The notes beneath the pieces are model-generated. The model made no database searches. It was given only the letters and a program-made list of their open reading frames with translations, and was not told the origin of the DNA. A DNA stretch of 64,000 nucleotides from assembly GCF_016433145.1 (NCBI RefSeq), contig NC_058136.1:73411635-73475634 (forward strand). The letters are read 5' to 3'. The position numbers were made by a program, and so were the translations under genes. Numbering within the stretch: the stretch's first letter is position 1; each line of letters opens with the position of its first letter. Of the stretch, positions 19,201 through 32,340 are shown in pieces. Origin of the DNA: Gracilinanus agilis. Lineage: Eukaryota.

Positions 19201-22200
19201 CTGGGGGCCGGTGAGCCCCGGGGGGTCAGGGACCGTGGCTCTGGCCCTCGTGGGCCTTCGGCACCCAGCGATGCCCACCCTGCACGGTCAGCCACAAGGG
19301 GCAGTTACCCGCTCCCCCAAAGGAGAGCCATGATTCCAGGGGCTCTGGCGCTCTCTCCTGATTCTGCCCCTCCTGAGCCCGCCCGCCCGCCTCTCAGCAC
19401 AACTGCTTTCCTCCTGCAGCCCACGCGGGGTGCTGAACCTGGGAACCACGAGGACCTGGGCTCCATACCGCGGCCCGCCTGCCCCAGGGTCCTAATCCGC
19501 AAGGAAGCGCACTTACCTTGGGGAGTGGCATCCGGGTGTGCTTGGCAGGCCCCAGGGTGCCAGAGGAGTGGGGGCTGACGGGCGCTCCTTCTTACGCACC
19601 CGGGCTTTCCCCAGGGGAAATGGGGCCCGCCTCTCCCTCCTCCAACAATGGGACAACCCCCGGAGCCCCCCATGTCTGACAGGGCCGCTCAGCCTCCGTG
19701 ATCCTGGTTCGGAGCCCTGCAGCACCTCCTGGGGGAGGCAGAGACAAGGGAGGACGGGCCACCAGGGCCCCGGCTTACTTGAGCTGTGCTTCGCCAGGTA
19801 CTTGTCTTTGTACTTCTTCTTCTTCCCCCCAAAGGGGCTGCAGCTGGGGGACTCGGCCCGAGTGGCCGACTGGGCCACACTCGCCACTCGCCTAGGGAAC
19901 CAAGGCCGGAGATACTCAGCCGGGGAGGGGGGACGTGCGGTACCCCGCCCTCAGCCTCCCCTGCTCGGGTGCCAGGCAGTGGCAGCCCCCTTCCCCTCGC
20001 ATGACTACTATCCAGGGGGCTTTCCCTCCTCCTCTCTGCCCCGGCTGGTCTGAGGAAGGGTCCTGGCACTGGCCTGCCCCTCCCAGAGCTACGGGGCAGA
20101 TGGGGGGCTCTTGGGAGGGCATCGGTTGGGGTCCACAAGAAGGCGCTGGCCTGCACGAGCCCACAGGAGCCCAAGCCTGGCTCCCCCATTGCAGTGCATT
20201 CTGCGGGCAGAAGGCCTTTGGGCCTTTTTTCAGTCAGGGATCTCCAAGCATCTGCAAGCTTCCAGCTAAAGGGGGCCAGCTCCATCTGGGACACCCAATG
20301 GGTAGGGAGCAGGGAGGAGACTTTGGGGACACATGGGGTGCTCAGGCCTAGGGTGGGGGGAGGCCCTGCAGGGGAAGGAGGCTGGCCAGCTAGCTGCCCA
20401 GGGGAGCAAAGGGCACCGGGGTGAGAGCACACGAGGGAGATGGGGGAGAGGCTCCAGAAGAGACCGAGAGCTCTCCCTCTATCTCCCCATTAGCTCTGTC
20501 TCCCCTCCATCTTCCTCCTGTGTCTCCCTGATTTCTCTGCCTGTGTCAGCCTCTTGGAAAGTTCCCCATCCCCCGCCACGAGAAGCCTCCGAGCACTTGA
20601 AAGCGGCCCTGGCATCCCCCTGCATCGTGGCTTCTCTGGATCGTCAGGGCCCTGCCTCGTGTGGGCACCCTCCCGTTGACCTTCCACAGCTCTGCCTTCC
20701 CCGATGCGTGTGGGCCCTCGTGGGCGGAGGAGAGCTCTTGGGCTCTGGCGGGCCCCACCATGGCCTCCCGGATGAAGCTGGGGTCCCCAAGTCGGGTCGC
20801 CCTTGGGTGTCAGACTTGCCATTTGTACCTCCATCCGGGCAGGATGTCTCGGCATCCTGGGTCCTCCGCCTCTGCCACCGTCCAGTCTGCCTGCCTTCCA
20901 GCTTGGCGTCACAGGGACGCCGGCCCTCCCGGCCCCTCCGAGGCTTTCCTTCCTCCCAATGATGACCAAACTGAACCACGGAATGGGAGAGGCCCTGGGA
21001 ATGACCTGCAGCCTAGCTCCGGAACCCTCAGAGTGCCAGCCAGCCGCCAGGGCCAGGGCCAGGGAAGTCGGTCTCTCCCGTCCTCACCTCTGACCCCCCT
21101 CCCTGTCTCCTCGGACCTGGGACAGGGCGGCCTCAGCCTCCGAGGGGCAGCGGGAATGGGGGTGGAGGGGCGATGGCAACAGCGGAGGCTAGAGATCATG
21201 GCTGAAGCACTACAGAGAGGACCCAGAAGCCTCCGGAAGCCTGAACGAGTGGGATGGCCCTGGACGGGAAGAATGGGGGGCCGCTCCTGAAGACAGACCG
21301 GAGGGCAGCCAGGTGGCTCAGTGAGTGGGGAGTGTGACCCTGGCCAAGTCACCTAGCCCCGTTGCCCAGTCTTCCCTTAGTGCCTTGGAGTCGATACACA
21401 GCGTCCTGTGGCAGACGGTAAGTTCATGGACAGTTTCCTCTGCTTGGTGGTGTTTGGGTTGGGGTTGAGAATTATTATTAAGAGTAAATGTTTGTTTTCA
21501 AAGAATGTTGGCTTTGGAGGCAGGGGATCTGGGTTCCAATTCTGACTCTTCTATAAGTAGGAAGCCCCTGGAGAGCAGGGACTGCCTTCTGCCCATTGGT
21601 TTCTATCCTCAGGGCACGATGGCTGGCACACAATAAGCGACTGATTGATCGATTACTTGTAGGACCTTGGGCAAGTCCCCAGATCTCAGATTCTATCCTA
21701 AGAGGGCCTGGGCTTCTTCGTGGGGCATCAAGTCGGATCTTCTCCCTTTACAGATGAGGACACTGAGGACCAGGCAGGCCACATGGGATTCCTAGAGCCC
21801 AAGAGAACCTCAGAGGAGAGCAATTTTTCAGAAAAGGAAACTGAGGCACTTAATCAATGCTCATTGGGATTTGAACCCAGGCTTCCCTGGACCTAAGCGC
21901 CAGGGGTTTTAGCTGTTCCAGTGAACAGACTCAGAGTGAAATGCAGGGAGAAAGCCCCGAGATGAAAGGAAGCTTGGAGACCAGCTAGACCAGCCCCCTT
22001 TTTCCAGAAGGAAAAACTGAGGCCAGGAAAGGGCCTAAGCAAAGCTCGAATACACAGCCCTGGAAACTCCAGGGAGACTGAAGGCTGTGTGTTGAAGCAG
22101 GCCTGGGCCTGGGCAGGAAGCAAGGGAAGGAAGACTGGAACCCAAGTCCTTTCCCTCCAGGCCCTCGGCTCTTTGGAGGGCAAACATTTGCCCAAGAGAG

Positions 22201-25200
22201 TTGAAATGCCCCCTGTGCGCTCTAGGCCTGTTTCCTCCCCTGGGAAGGAATGAGATGGGCCTCGATGCCCTCTCGGGACATGCCCGGCTCCGAGTCTGGT
22301 CACACAGACCTCACAGTCCAGGCCAGCCCCTGAGCCTCCTGCCCTCGTGCTGCTCTCACAGCTCCTCCTAGAGGATGCTGGGACCGCTTCCTCCTCCAGG
22401 GTCTCCTGGCACCCTGTGGCCACATTCTCAGTGCTTGCTGGGTAGAGGTGAGCGCCCCTGCCTGTGAGTGCTCTGCCCGCCTGGGCCCCTGGACCTACCA
22501 CTCTTGCAGCTCCGGAGAAGGGATCAAGCCCGCGGCCTCCCTGGCTGAGCCTTCCACCCGGCCTTGCCACCAGTTGCTGTCGTCCTTGTTGATGATCTGG
22601 ATGATGTCCCCAGTGGCAAACTTCAGGCCCGCCTCCTTGCAGGGGATCAGGGGGTCCTTCTGGGGATCGTAGTCAAACTGGGCCCTCATGAACATCTGTC
22701 CAACAGAGGAGCAGAGGCCAGCTCAGCCCAAGAAAGCCAGACTCGGGCCGCCTGGCCCCGTGGACGGAGCACTGGCCCTGGGATGTTCCCCAGACGCCTC
22801 CTAGCCCCTGATCTACTCTTTGTCCTCTGTACAACGGGGACGGCGCCATCTACCTCCTGGGAGGCCATGAAAGCCGCCACATGGGCCACCGGTTGCAAAT
22901 CTCAGCGCCAATGGACAGAGCAACTGCAGCCGCAGCCGCGACCGGCGTGGACTGGACCTGGAGCGCCGTCCCACACTGAAGGCCTACCTCCGCCATGGCT
23001 GGCCTCCCCTTCACGCCACCACCCGGGGCAGGCCCTCCGACCAGCTGCCAACTCTGAGATCAAAACCGCGTTCTGTGGCGTGCGAAGGGAGCCCTTCGGA
23101 ACCTGGCCTCCCCCCACCTTCGCAGTCTTCTTGCGCCCCAGCCCACACTCCTCAGGATTCCCAACCTCTTTGCTGCAACCTGGACGTCCCCCTGCGCGAA
23201 GGCCCTCTCCCCTTTCTTTGGACTTCCCATGCCTGGCACGCAGTAGGTGTAACCTTACTGTGTATTGGTTCTGAGGCAGAAGGTAATGGGGGTCACCCAG
23301 CTAGGAAGGGTCTGAGGCCAAATCTGAACCCAGGACTCCCATCTCTGGGCCTGGCTTCCTGTCCGCTGAGCCACCCGGCTGCTCCGCTTAATAAATGTTC
23401 ATCGACTGCCTGCACTGGTACGGGGGGGCGGGGGGGAGGGCATTTGCAATTGGGACAAAGAAGTGATACTTGAGCTGAGCCTTGAAGAGAGGCATGAGTG
23501 GGAAAGCAGGGGGGACTGCCTGTGCACGGGCCCAGAGGGCAGAGATGAAATGTTCCACCTGGCGACCCGGGCGGCATGTCACAGAACCCTGGAAAGGCAG
23601 CCTGGAGCTCGCCGGGGAACGAGTGCTCCCCAGAGGGGTGCGGCTCTCATCTCGGAGCATTCGTGGGCTAGGAAGAGCATTTGGGCAGGTGCGTGGAGGC
23701 TGGCCTAGAGAGGGGGAAGGCCTGGAAGCTGGGCCAAGAGCCAGGCTAGAGTGGAGGAATAATCCCTGGTGGAAGGGCCTCAGGGAACCCCTTTCCTGGA
23801 TTGGAATGGAGAGCTTAGAGGCCGATTACGGGCTTCTTCACAGGCCCTGTGACAATGAGCTGCTGGGAGGGCCAGCCGGGTGGCTCAGTGGATTGAGTCA
23901 GGCCCAGAGAGGGGAGGGCCTGGGTTCCAATCTGGCCTCAGACACTTCCTAGCTGTGCGACCCTGGGCAAGTCACCTGACCCCCATTGCCTAGCTTGCCT
24001 TTCCCGCTCCTCCGCTTTGAAGCTGATACACAAGATGGAAGGGAAGCCTCTCTGCCGCCCTCCCATCATCCTCGGCGGCAGCTCTTTCAAACCTGTCACC
24101 CGCCCAGCACAGTGACTGAGAGGAGGGAGTGGAGGTAGCACAGGGGGCTGACTGAAAAGGGAGGAAGAGCGGGATCTGGTGATGGCTTCGAGAGGGTGGA
24201 GGCGGGGGCCTTGGATGCAGCCAGAGGTGGTGGGGAAGGAAGCAGCAGACCGGGAGAAGCCGGCCCTTCGAGGGAGGCTGCCGTGTGCCAGAGAAGGCCA
24301 AAGGACGCGGTCGCACGTCGGGGGCTGCCCTCGGCAAGGGGAGGGGCCACCAAGGAGCGAGGCAGATGGCGATGCCGCCAAGGCGTTTTGAGGTAAAGGG
24401 ACGAGAAGCCGGCCAAGCTCCTGACTGGCCTCACTTTTCCCTGGAAAGAGGCAGAGCCGAGCAGGGGGCGGAGGGAAAGAAAGGAGGAGGTTTGGAACCA
24501 CGTCTGTGGGTGCCTCGTGGCGGGGAGGGCGCAACAAGAAGGGTCCCAATCCCTGCTGGGGCCCTAGAGGCCTTCCGGTGGTTCTGAGCCCCCCGGCACA
24601 GGGAGCATTAGCCCCGGCTCTCCCACGCACACCTCGGCACATGCTGGGAGGCGGGACCTGGTTTTCATACAGCGTCACGCCTGGCACAGAGCCATCTGCG
24701 CCACTGAATGCAGACTTCGCCACTTGAAAGCTGGGAGGAAGGAGTCTTCCCGGCTCCCCTCTTTGGCAGTCTGCCCGTAGACCTCCTCTTAGATGTATGT
24801 TGGGGAAGGCCTCGAACGCGTGCGATTCCAAAGGCTTCCCAGAGGAGGTGGCACCCGAGCAAGGAGGAGAGCGAGGGGACAGCCAGTGTGAATGCGCCCG
24901 AGGGCAAGAGGGAGGGCTGGGCTCGGCAGGCAGCTATAGCTACTCAGCCAGTCTGCGTGGAAGGGGAAGATGGAGGCCATTCGTGAGGATCATCTGAAGC
25001 GGGGAGTGGCGAAGGCTTTAACTGGCGCCCAGAGAACTTTGGCTTTTGAACTGGGGGATCTGGCAGCCCCGCTTCCTCTCCCAATGCCTCGTCACAGCGC
25101 GGAGAGGGCCTTCCCTTCTCAAAGACTTCCCCTCATCCCAAGACCGGCCCGATCCAGTTTGGAGAGGCACGTCACCAAAATGGCCCGACTGCCCACAAAT

Positions 25201-28200
25201 CTGGAGGCTGGCCTAGAATGGCAAGAACTTGGAGGCAGGGAGGCCAGCGAGGAGGCTGTCACAATAATTCAACTAGGAGGGGCAGAAGGTCTGAACTGAG
25301 CTGGGAGCCACATGAAAGGCAAGAAGAGGACGAAGGCAAGAAAAGCCCTATGGGGAGAGCGGAGGAGGTCTGGCACCTGGCTGGAGATGGGAGGGTCGAG
25401 CGAGGACGATACCGAGGTGCTGAGTCTGGGTGACCGGGAAGATGGTGGCGCCACCAACAGAAATGGAGACGTCGGGAGACGGGCCAGTTTCATGGGGAAG
25501 ATGAGGCCAGTTTTTTGACCCAGGGGGAGGTCGAAGCAAAAGGTTAGCCTGGTAGAGGCCACGTGGGCCAAAGAGAGAGGTGACGGCCGCAGGCGTGACC
25601 TCTCAGAGAGTGCAGACAGAAGAGGGCCCAGGCCAGTCTGGGGAAACAGTCCCTTCAGCACGCAGAAGGAACAGCTTATTTCTGACTCCCAAAGAATAGT
25701 GTCGGGGGTCTGCACGCACGCACGCACGCTCACTCGCTCGCTCACCCATGCACACACAGTCAAACTAATATGACCCAAAGGCAGCCCAGCTGGGCAGGAA
25801 GTCTTCAGGACATGGAGAGAGGAGCCTGGATTGGGAATGGTGCAGAAGCGGGGCTGGAGTCCTCACTCGCTCGCTCCCTTTGTGCCCACGTGGCTCTGGA
25901 CGAGCCAGCGCAGCTACTGAGGCCCCGCTTTCCTGTTCTGTGAAAGGAGGGCCTTGGACGATGCCAACAGGGGCGCGGACACAGCCTCTGATTGCACTGT
26001 GTATGGAAGTACCCCAGAAGTAGAAACAAGCCACTGATGAGACAGAGTGGTGGGGAAAAAAGAGCCCGGGACGGGATGGGGGGAGTGCAGGGCTGATCGG
26101 AGGGGCTGCCAAAGATGAGAAGCCTGGGAGGCCCGCCCAGACTCGTCGGGCTGAACTGGCCAGCCGGCAGTGGAGCTCTGAGGAACAGCGTCTTCCCTCG
26201 GGATCCCCCGTTCGTCAGAGCAGGCAGGCTGAGAAGCAAGACGATGCTTAGGGTTCGAGCTCTTCTCCTTGGCGGTCTTTCCTTACAGGCCATCTCTCTT
26301 CCCTTGGGGCCCTGCTCCTCCTGCTCCCTCAGGAGAAATCCTTCTGCCCAAGGGAAGGGAGGGCTGCTTTTCCTTTCTAGACCCCTTCGTGATCTTCGGA
26401 CCCTCCCCGCCCCCTAAACTGCACCCACGCGTCCTCCATGAAACACAAGCCTCTGGAGGGCCTCCGTGGCTGTGGTGGAGTCCCCAGCACTTCCGAATGC
26501 AGCGTTCCAAGTGGTCCAAACTTAGAGCTGGGAAGGACTTCTTTTTTTTTTTTAAACCCTTCCCTTCCATCTTGCACTCAATACTGTGTATCGGCTCCAA
26601 GGCAGAGGAGTGGTAAAGGCTAGGCAATGGGGGTCAAGTGACTCGCCCAGGGTCACCCAGCTGGGAAGTGTCTGAGGCCGGATTGGAACCCAGGACCTCC
26701 CATCTCTGGGCCTGGCTCTCCATCCACGGAGCCACCCAGCTGCCCCCTGGGAAGGACTTCTTTAAGGACTATCTCTGCTAACCTCTGCATTCTCCAGAGA
26801 AGGAAACAAGAGGCTCAGCTCTCCTACGTGATCCCCACATGACTAAGTGGGAGAAGCAGAATGTCAACCCAGATTTCCCTGACTCCAAGTCCTGCCCACC
26901 ATCCACCATCCACCACACTTTGAGACCTCAGAGGTGGCCTTGACCCCCTGACGAACCAACCCGAGTCACTTCTGTGGTTCTGGTCGATGCTGAATTTGGG
27001 GATCAACAGAGAGGCTGCCTTGAGCTACCCATGAAAAGGGTGGTCTGGGGGAAAAGGTGGTTGAGTCTGACTACCTGCCCAAGCGAAAGGTATGTTTCTG
27101 TAGAAGACACGAGGAGCTGCTGTTCAGATGGCACTTGGCAGCACTGCGATCGCTGCTCAGAGGAGTAATGAACTGAGACAGTGAAAGGGGCAGAACCAGG
27201 AGAACGTTGTACACAGAGACGGATACACCGCAGAAGAACCCAGTGCGACGGACTCTGCCACTAGCGGCAATGCAACAAGCCAGGACACTCCTGAAGGCCG
27301 TCGGGGGAAGAATGCTGCCCACACCGAGAGGAAGAACCGTGGGAGCGGATATGCAAAAGCGAAACCCATCACCTGGATGTGTGGACATGTGACCTGGGGT
27401 TTGGGCTTTAAAAGGTCACTCTGTAGCAGAAACGAATAATATGGAAATGGGTATCAAGTGATAACGTTTGTACAACCCAGTGGAATTGCTTGTTGGCTCT
27501 GGGAGGGAGAGAAAAGAGAGGAGGGAAAGAAAATGAATCATGCAAGGAAGGAAGGAAGGAAGGAAGAAGGAGGGAAGGATGAAGGGAAGGAAGGAAGGAA
27601 GGAAGGAAGGAAGGGAGGGAGGGAGAGAGGGAGGNNNNNNNNNNNNNNNNNNNNNNNNNNNNNNNNNNNNNNNNNNNNNNNNNNNNNNNNNNNNNNNNNN
27701 NNNNNNNNNNNNNNNNNNNNNNNNNNNNNNNNNNNNNNNNNNNNNNNNNNNNNNNNNNNNNNNNNNNNNNNNNNNNNNNNNNNNNNNNNNNNNNNNNNNN
27801 NNNNNNNNNNNNNNNNNNNNNNNNNNNNNNNNNNNNNNNNNNNNNNNNNNNNNNNNNNNNNNNNNNNNNNNNNNNNNNNNNNNNNNNNNNNNNNNNNNNN
27901 NNNNNNNNNNNNNNNNNNNNNNNNNNNNNNNNNNNNNNNNNNNNNNNNNNNNNNNNNNNNNNNNNNNNNNNNNNNNNNNNNNNNNNNNNNNNNNNNNNNN
28001 NNNNNNNNNNNNNNNNNGGGACGGAAGGAGGGAGGGAGGGAAGGAAGGAGGGAGGGAGGGAAGGAGGGAGGGAAGGTGCCACCTGAAGCTGAAGTGAGAG
28101 CCTCAGTAGTCCAGGGTCCCATGACTCCCCAGACAAATTGTCCATCCCAAACAGTGTCCCAGAGAAAGGAGTGTTGGAGGCAGATGGGTACAGATGGAAA

Positions 28201-30279
28201 CATGCTATCTTTCACATCCTCTTTCTCACAACAAAGTTGGACCGATACTGAAGTGGGTTTTGCCTGACAATAAAAACAAAATTTAAAAAGGAATGTCCCC
28301 GAGCCGAGCCAATGGGCGGCACTCTTGCCTGAGACGATGGCGCTTCCCATTCACACAGTCGCTCTCAATGGGAGAACAGAGATCGCCAGTGGCCGCCTCC
28401 TCCGCATCAACACATGCATCTTCTCAAACCGAGTCCCACCCCAGCAGGCACGAGCAGACCCAGAAGGGGCCAAGCCTTCCAGAGAGCACACAGGCACGTA
28501 CCTGGAGAGCAGGCAGACGGCTCTGCTGGTTGGGAATCACCTTTAAGGAGATCGTTCCTTTGGTTTCTTTCTATTGGGCAAAGGAGAGGAAAGACAAAGC
28601 AAAGGCGGGAATGATTAACACACCCATCTGCTTCGGGTGCACAAGGGGGGGCAGCAGGGGTGAGCTCCGGCAGCAGGGTCCCAACATACCCTCTGTGAAG
28701 GGCAAACCCTTAGTGGCCCCTCCTGGAAGCCATCCACGTGGCTCCCTCCCCACCTCATTTTCCACACCTGAAGAAAAGGGTGAACAACATCCACCTCTGA
28801 GTGGGAGGCACCCAAAGCTGCGGTGGGCTTCGGCCCCACCCCCGATACCTACCATCACCTTCTGCAGCTGATCCACAGAGTGGTTAGTCACGCTCATGCC
28901 ATTGATTTCCAAGATCTCATCTCCCACATGAAGGGAGCCTGCCAGGGAGAGAAGCCAAACTGAGGAAGGGCAACTCAACACCCCATCAGCCACTCTCCCA
29001 GACTGGGCCGAGGACCAAGTGGCCCCGGGATGGCACTGTGTGGGCATCACGAGCTAGAGCCGGGGAGGGGCTTCCAGCGCCTCCAGTCCCCACCTGCAGC
29101 CACAGACAGCGGAGCCGAGGCATCTTCTACAGAGAGCTCGAGGTGGAGGCAGCTGGAGGGGGACTCGGTGGACAGAGTGCCAGGCCCAGAGAGGAGAGCT
29201 CCTGGCTTCCGATCTGGCCTCAGGCACTTCACCCCCATCGCCTAGCCCTGGCCCCTCTTCTGCCTTGCTATCGATTCTAAGATGGAAGGTAAAAAAAAAA
29301 GGAGCCAAAGATGCTCCCGTCCTCCCGGAAGTGGAGTCCTTTGAGCCGGCCCCCATTCCTGTGTGGTACATGAGCGGATGGGGGAACACTGAGGAGGAAG
29401 AGAGACAGCAAGAACGGACCCCCCCCCCGACTCCGAGTGCCGGCACCTTGCCAAAACCAAGCGCAAAGAACGCTGGGCCACCTGAGCTCAGGGGTCATTC
29501 TTCGGGCCCCACTTAGCATGTGACGCTGGACATAAGGTCTCCGAGGGCCTGGTGTGTGCAGCCCTTAGCTTGGCGCAGTACCTGGCACGCAGCAGGCTGA
29601 CCAATTAACACGGGCTCCCACCGTCAGGATTTCCCGGCAGGCAACGGCCACATTCCCTCCCCTCCGCCAAAGAAGGGCTCTCATGGGGCGGCACCAAAAG
29701 CTACCTTGTCTGTGAATCATGCCCCCGTGGAGAATTCTGGCCACCATGCATGACTGTTTCTCATTCAGCTTCAGAGTAATTCCCTGGAAGAAAGGGAGAT
29801 GCCCAAGGCCCTCTGCATTAAGCAATATGCGCTGCGGCGCCGCGCCAAGCTCGTCCCTCCGCCGCGGCTAAGCCACCTGGAGGACTTGCTGGAAAGCGTA
29901 CCGTCAGCCCCGTTTTACAGAGGGCCGGAGGCAGGCCTCTGAGCCAAGTCTCCAGACTCCTTGGCCGGTAAGAGTCTCGCGACAACAGGGCCAGCAGCTT
30001 TTGGAGGCTTCCTACCTCCACCCAGTAAGAAAGGGCATGGGGGCAGGGGCAGGGAGGAGGAAAGGCCCGATTCAGTCTCCGGTGAGGGGCGGGGCGAGGA
30101 GGAAGAAGGGAAGGCTGCTGGCCACTCACCATGGGCTCCTCTGTGACCTTCTCAAACTGGATGAAGCGCACTTTCCGTGGCTCCCGGTGGCGGTGGCTGC
30201 CGGGCCCAGGACTAGCTGGTGCGGCAGATCCATTGGTGTAGATGTCCTCGATCACAGAATTTGAGGGGAAGGAAGCGAC
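10251..30279 (-). CDS. MPP1: MAGUK p55 scaffold protein 1 (PDZ-SH3-HOOK-GUK), spliced CDS exons 2-12; exon 1 not found
   Basis: Minus-strand AG/GT-bounded exons: 30279-30130, 29783-29705, 28938-28853, 28570-28502, 22695-22499, 19891-19779, 16317-16237, 15320-15240, 13689-13487, 12614-12540, 10427-10251 (TGA). Phases are consistent. The frame contains PDZ ([21 protein letters not shown]), SH3 ([11 protein letters not shown]...NWWQGR), the 4.1-binding [13 protein letters not shown] ([25 protein letters not shown]) and the C-terminus [10 protein letters not shown]. Confidence 0.97.
11004..11127 (+). mobile_element. CORE-SINE with internal deletion
   Basis: ggggcagctaaggtggctcagtggataga...gggttcaaatcc...cagacacttc (A/B-box-like head). 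Confidence 0.8.
11903..11956. repeat. Pyrimidine microsatellite (TTTCTC/TCTCTG)n
   Basis: A visible tandem ttttctttctctttctc...tctgtctctgtctctg run. Confidence 0.85.
12238..12410 (+). mobile_element. CORE-SINE in MPP1 intron 11
   Basis: ggggcagct...cagtgga...ggaggtcctgggttcaaat...cacttcctagc...cagtcactt...gcccttatagctcttcc; boundaries approximate. Confidence 0.8.
12806..12966 (-). mobile_element. Opossum-type SINE in MPP1 intron 10
   Basis: Near-consensus reverse copy (ccaaggcagaagag...caagtgactt...cagctgggaagtgtctgaggccagatttgaacccagg...gctgcccc). Confidence 0.9.
13005..13130 (+). mobile_element. CORE-SINE head (MAR1-like), degenerate
   Basis: ggcagct...ggtggcgcagtggatagagcacc...cacttcctagctgtgtgac. 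Confidence 0.75.
16485..16630 (-). mobile_element. MIR-type SINE
   Basis: cattttacagatgaagaaactgagg...gtgacttgcccaaggtcacac, the MIR core. Confidence 0.75.
23255..23386 (-). mobile_element. Opossum-type SINE with internal deletion
   Basis: cccttactgtgtattggtt-like tail, ggggtcacccagctaggaag...tctgaacccagg...gctgagccacccggctgc. Confidence 0.8.
23868..23996 (+). mobile_element. Opossum-type SINE (5' two-thirds)
   Basis: gggtggctcagtggattgag...gggttccaatctggcctcagacacttcctagctgtgcgaccctgggcaagtcac...ccccattgcctagc. Confidence 0.88.
26545..26746 (-). mobile_element. Full-length young opossum-type SINE
   Basis: Complete reverse copy with a poly-T (A-tail) and a 17-bp target-site duplication ctgggaaggacttcttt (26528-26544 and 26747-26763). 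Confidence 0.95.
27543..28075. repeat. (GGAA)n/(GGGA)n purine microsatellite spanning an assembly gap (N 27635-28017)
   Basis: GGAA/GGGA units flank both sides of 383 Ns. Confidence 0.9.
29140..29300 (+). mobile_element. Opossum-type SINE, degenerate
   Basis: ggaggcagctgg...gtggacagag...tctggcctcaggcacttc...cctagccct...cttctgcctt...gattctaagatggaaggtaaaaaa. Confidence 0.8.
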
Positions 30280-32159
30280 CTGAGAAGAACAAAGCACGCC
30301 CTGGGGTTAAAGCATCAGGGAAGGCACTCGGCAGCGAGTCTGCGGCCGAGGCCCCCCTGCCCGGCCCCAGAGCCGCAAGGGACGGTGGGGAAAAGCGAGG
30401 CCCAGAACGTGTGGCCGGACTGAGGGCTTCTATCCGAACGGCTCGCAAACGTTCTGTCAAACTAAACTAAGCTCCGGCCCTTCATTTCCATGGAGCTTTT
30501 GGTATCTGCCCGAGTGAGAGGAGGCGCCACGGGCTCTCTCTCCGCCACTGTCCCCGAGCCGATGGGGAGAGCCCGCTTCCTGGACCCCCCCCCCCCTTGG
30601 CACTTTCTCCTTTACCTCGGCGGCACCACCTCATCCTTTCCAGGTCACGTGCCCAGACCACCGCCAGAGTGCAGGGATGCAGGGCGGGCCCAAATGCATG
30701 ATGGGGCGGGGGGGGGGGGGTCCCTGCTAACTGCAGGAGGCGGAGGCGACGCTGAGGGGAAGCATTTGGAATCGGGGCCAGCCAGGCCCAAAGGAACCCT
30801 ATTCTCTGCGGGCCAGGCGCGAGAGGAGCCGGGACGCCGGAAGGCCAAAGGGCCGACGGTGGCGGTTCACACGGGGGCCGCCCTCTTCATTCACTGCCTC
30901 GGTTCTCGCCATCTGCTGCCACCACAGCTGCCCAACTCTTCCTGGAGCTCAGCCGAGTTCTGGGTCTGACTTGACCTTCTCGGTCCCCCACGCCATACTG
31001 CCCAGGACAAGCCTTCGACTCCTCCCCTCCCACATCAGCTCAGCCCCAACCGTGCCTGGAAGGTCACCTTCCCCGAGCACATTCCTTCCTCACTGGGGCC
31101 ACCTTGATCCCAAGTCAGCATTCTGGGCGCCTCCCTCTCCACATATGCGCGTAGTGCAGGAAGTCACAAAATTCTGTTGCCTGGGTCCACTTGGATTTCA
31201 CGCTCTTCACTGCCAACTTGGTCTCTTCGCTAGATGGGGACCCTTGTAGTCATCGCCCCGGCCTTCCACGGACTAAGTTCTCTTCTTATTGAGGAGTGAG
31301 AAGGCCCGGGTTCAAATGCTGACCCGGGACAAATCACTTTCCTCCCCGGGGCCTGTTTCCTCATTTCCTCCTAGCTTGCCTGAGTGTCCAATTTCCAGGC
31401 CCAGGAGCCTGGGGACGAACTTCCAGCCCTGCTATTCCGGATGAAGACTTCGGCAGGCCAGAGAACTTCTCCGGGGCTGGGCATCCTCCCCTGCGACATC
31501 TGGAGGGTGAACCGGCTCCCTAGTCCTGCCACCCGAAGGAAGGGAGGTATCAGCTGCTGCTGCTCCCCTCGGAGCCAGCCTCCCCGAGAGCTCCTTGGTG
31601 CTGGGTCGCCCCTTTGTCTTCAAGGGTGCCCTTCTCTGCTGGCACGCTGTCAAAACAAGAATGCCGAGCCGAGGAGACTGGGCGAGCCTGGAAAGACTTG
31701 CGTGAACTGATGCGGAGTAAAGCAAGCAGAGCCCGGAAAACAGCAGGCACGACGACCACACAATGGAGACCGAAAGAGCGACTAGGTCCCTGCCCTCGCG
31801 CCAGAGCTGTGGAAACTGACTTTGCTGAGTGGGCATTTGTTTCCTCCAGCACTACACGCCAGGCCAGGTGCCAGGTGCCCGGGCCTCCACGAGGAATTTC
31901 TGAAGGAAAGTGACCACGAACCAAAGGCTTCTTCCACGGAACCTTTGGGGAGGCACGAGAGAGGCCCGGCCAAACTCTGACTGGCCACATACCGCTCTCG
32001 TGACCCTGGATAAGCTGCTGCGCCCGGAAGACAACGGGGACTTGGGCGCTCTCTTCTGGCCCTAGAATTATGGTCTTCCTACCAGGCTCGCTCCTTTCTC
32101 TCAGTCTTTCTCCTCCTACCTCTCGCCCCTCCGAACCCAGCAGACTGAGAGTCCGGGCC

Positions 32160-32340
32160 CAGGCCTCTGTGTCTCTCAACCCCTCGTCTCCAAGGCAGAA
32201 GAGCGGTCAGGGCCAGGCCATGGGGGTCAAGTGACTCGGCCAGGGTCACCCGGCTGGGAAGTGTCTGAGGCCACATTGGAACCCAGGACCTCCCGTCTCC
32301 AGGCCTGGCGCTCCATCCACTGAGCTAACCAGCCGCCCCC
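32160..32340 (-). mobile_element. Opossum-type SINE
   Basis: ctccaaggcagaagagcgg...gggggtcaagtgact...ggctgggaagtgtctgaggcc...gaacccaggacctcccgtctc...cactgagcta. Confidence 0.9.

Noticed and set aside
23938-24831. 297-aa minus-strand ORF, the longest in the track
   Set aside because: It has a GTG-type start, low-complexity P/S/G/R composition, no recognisable domain, and ends in a SINE. This is expected by chance in GC-rich intron DNA.
27408-28350. Long ORFs (185-270 aa) in the ORF track
   Set aside because: They are open only because they run through 383 Ns and a GGAA microsatellite.
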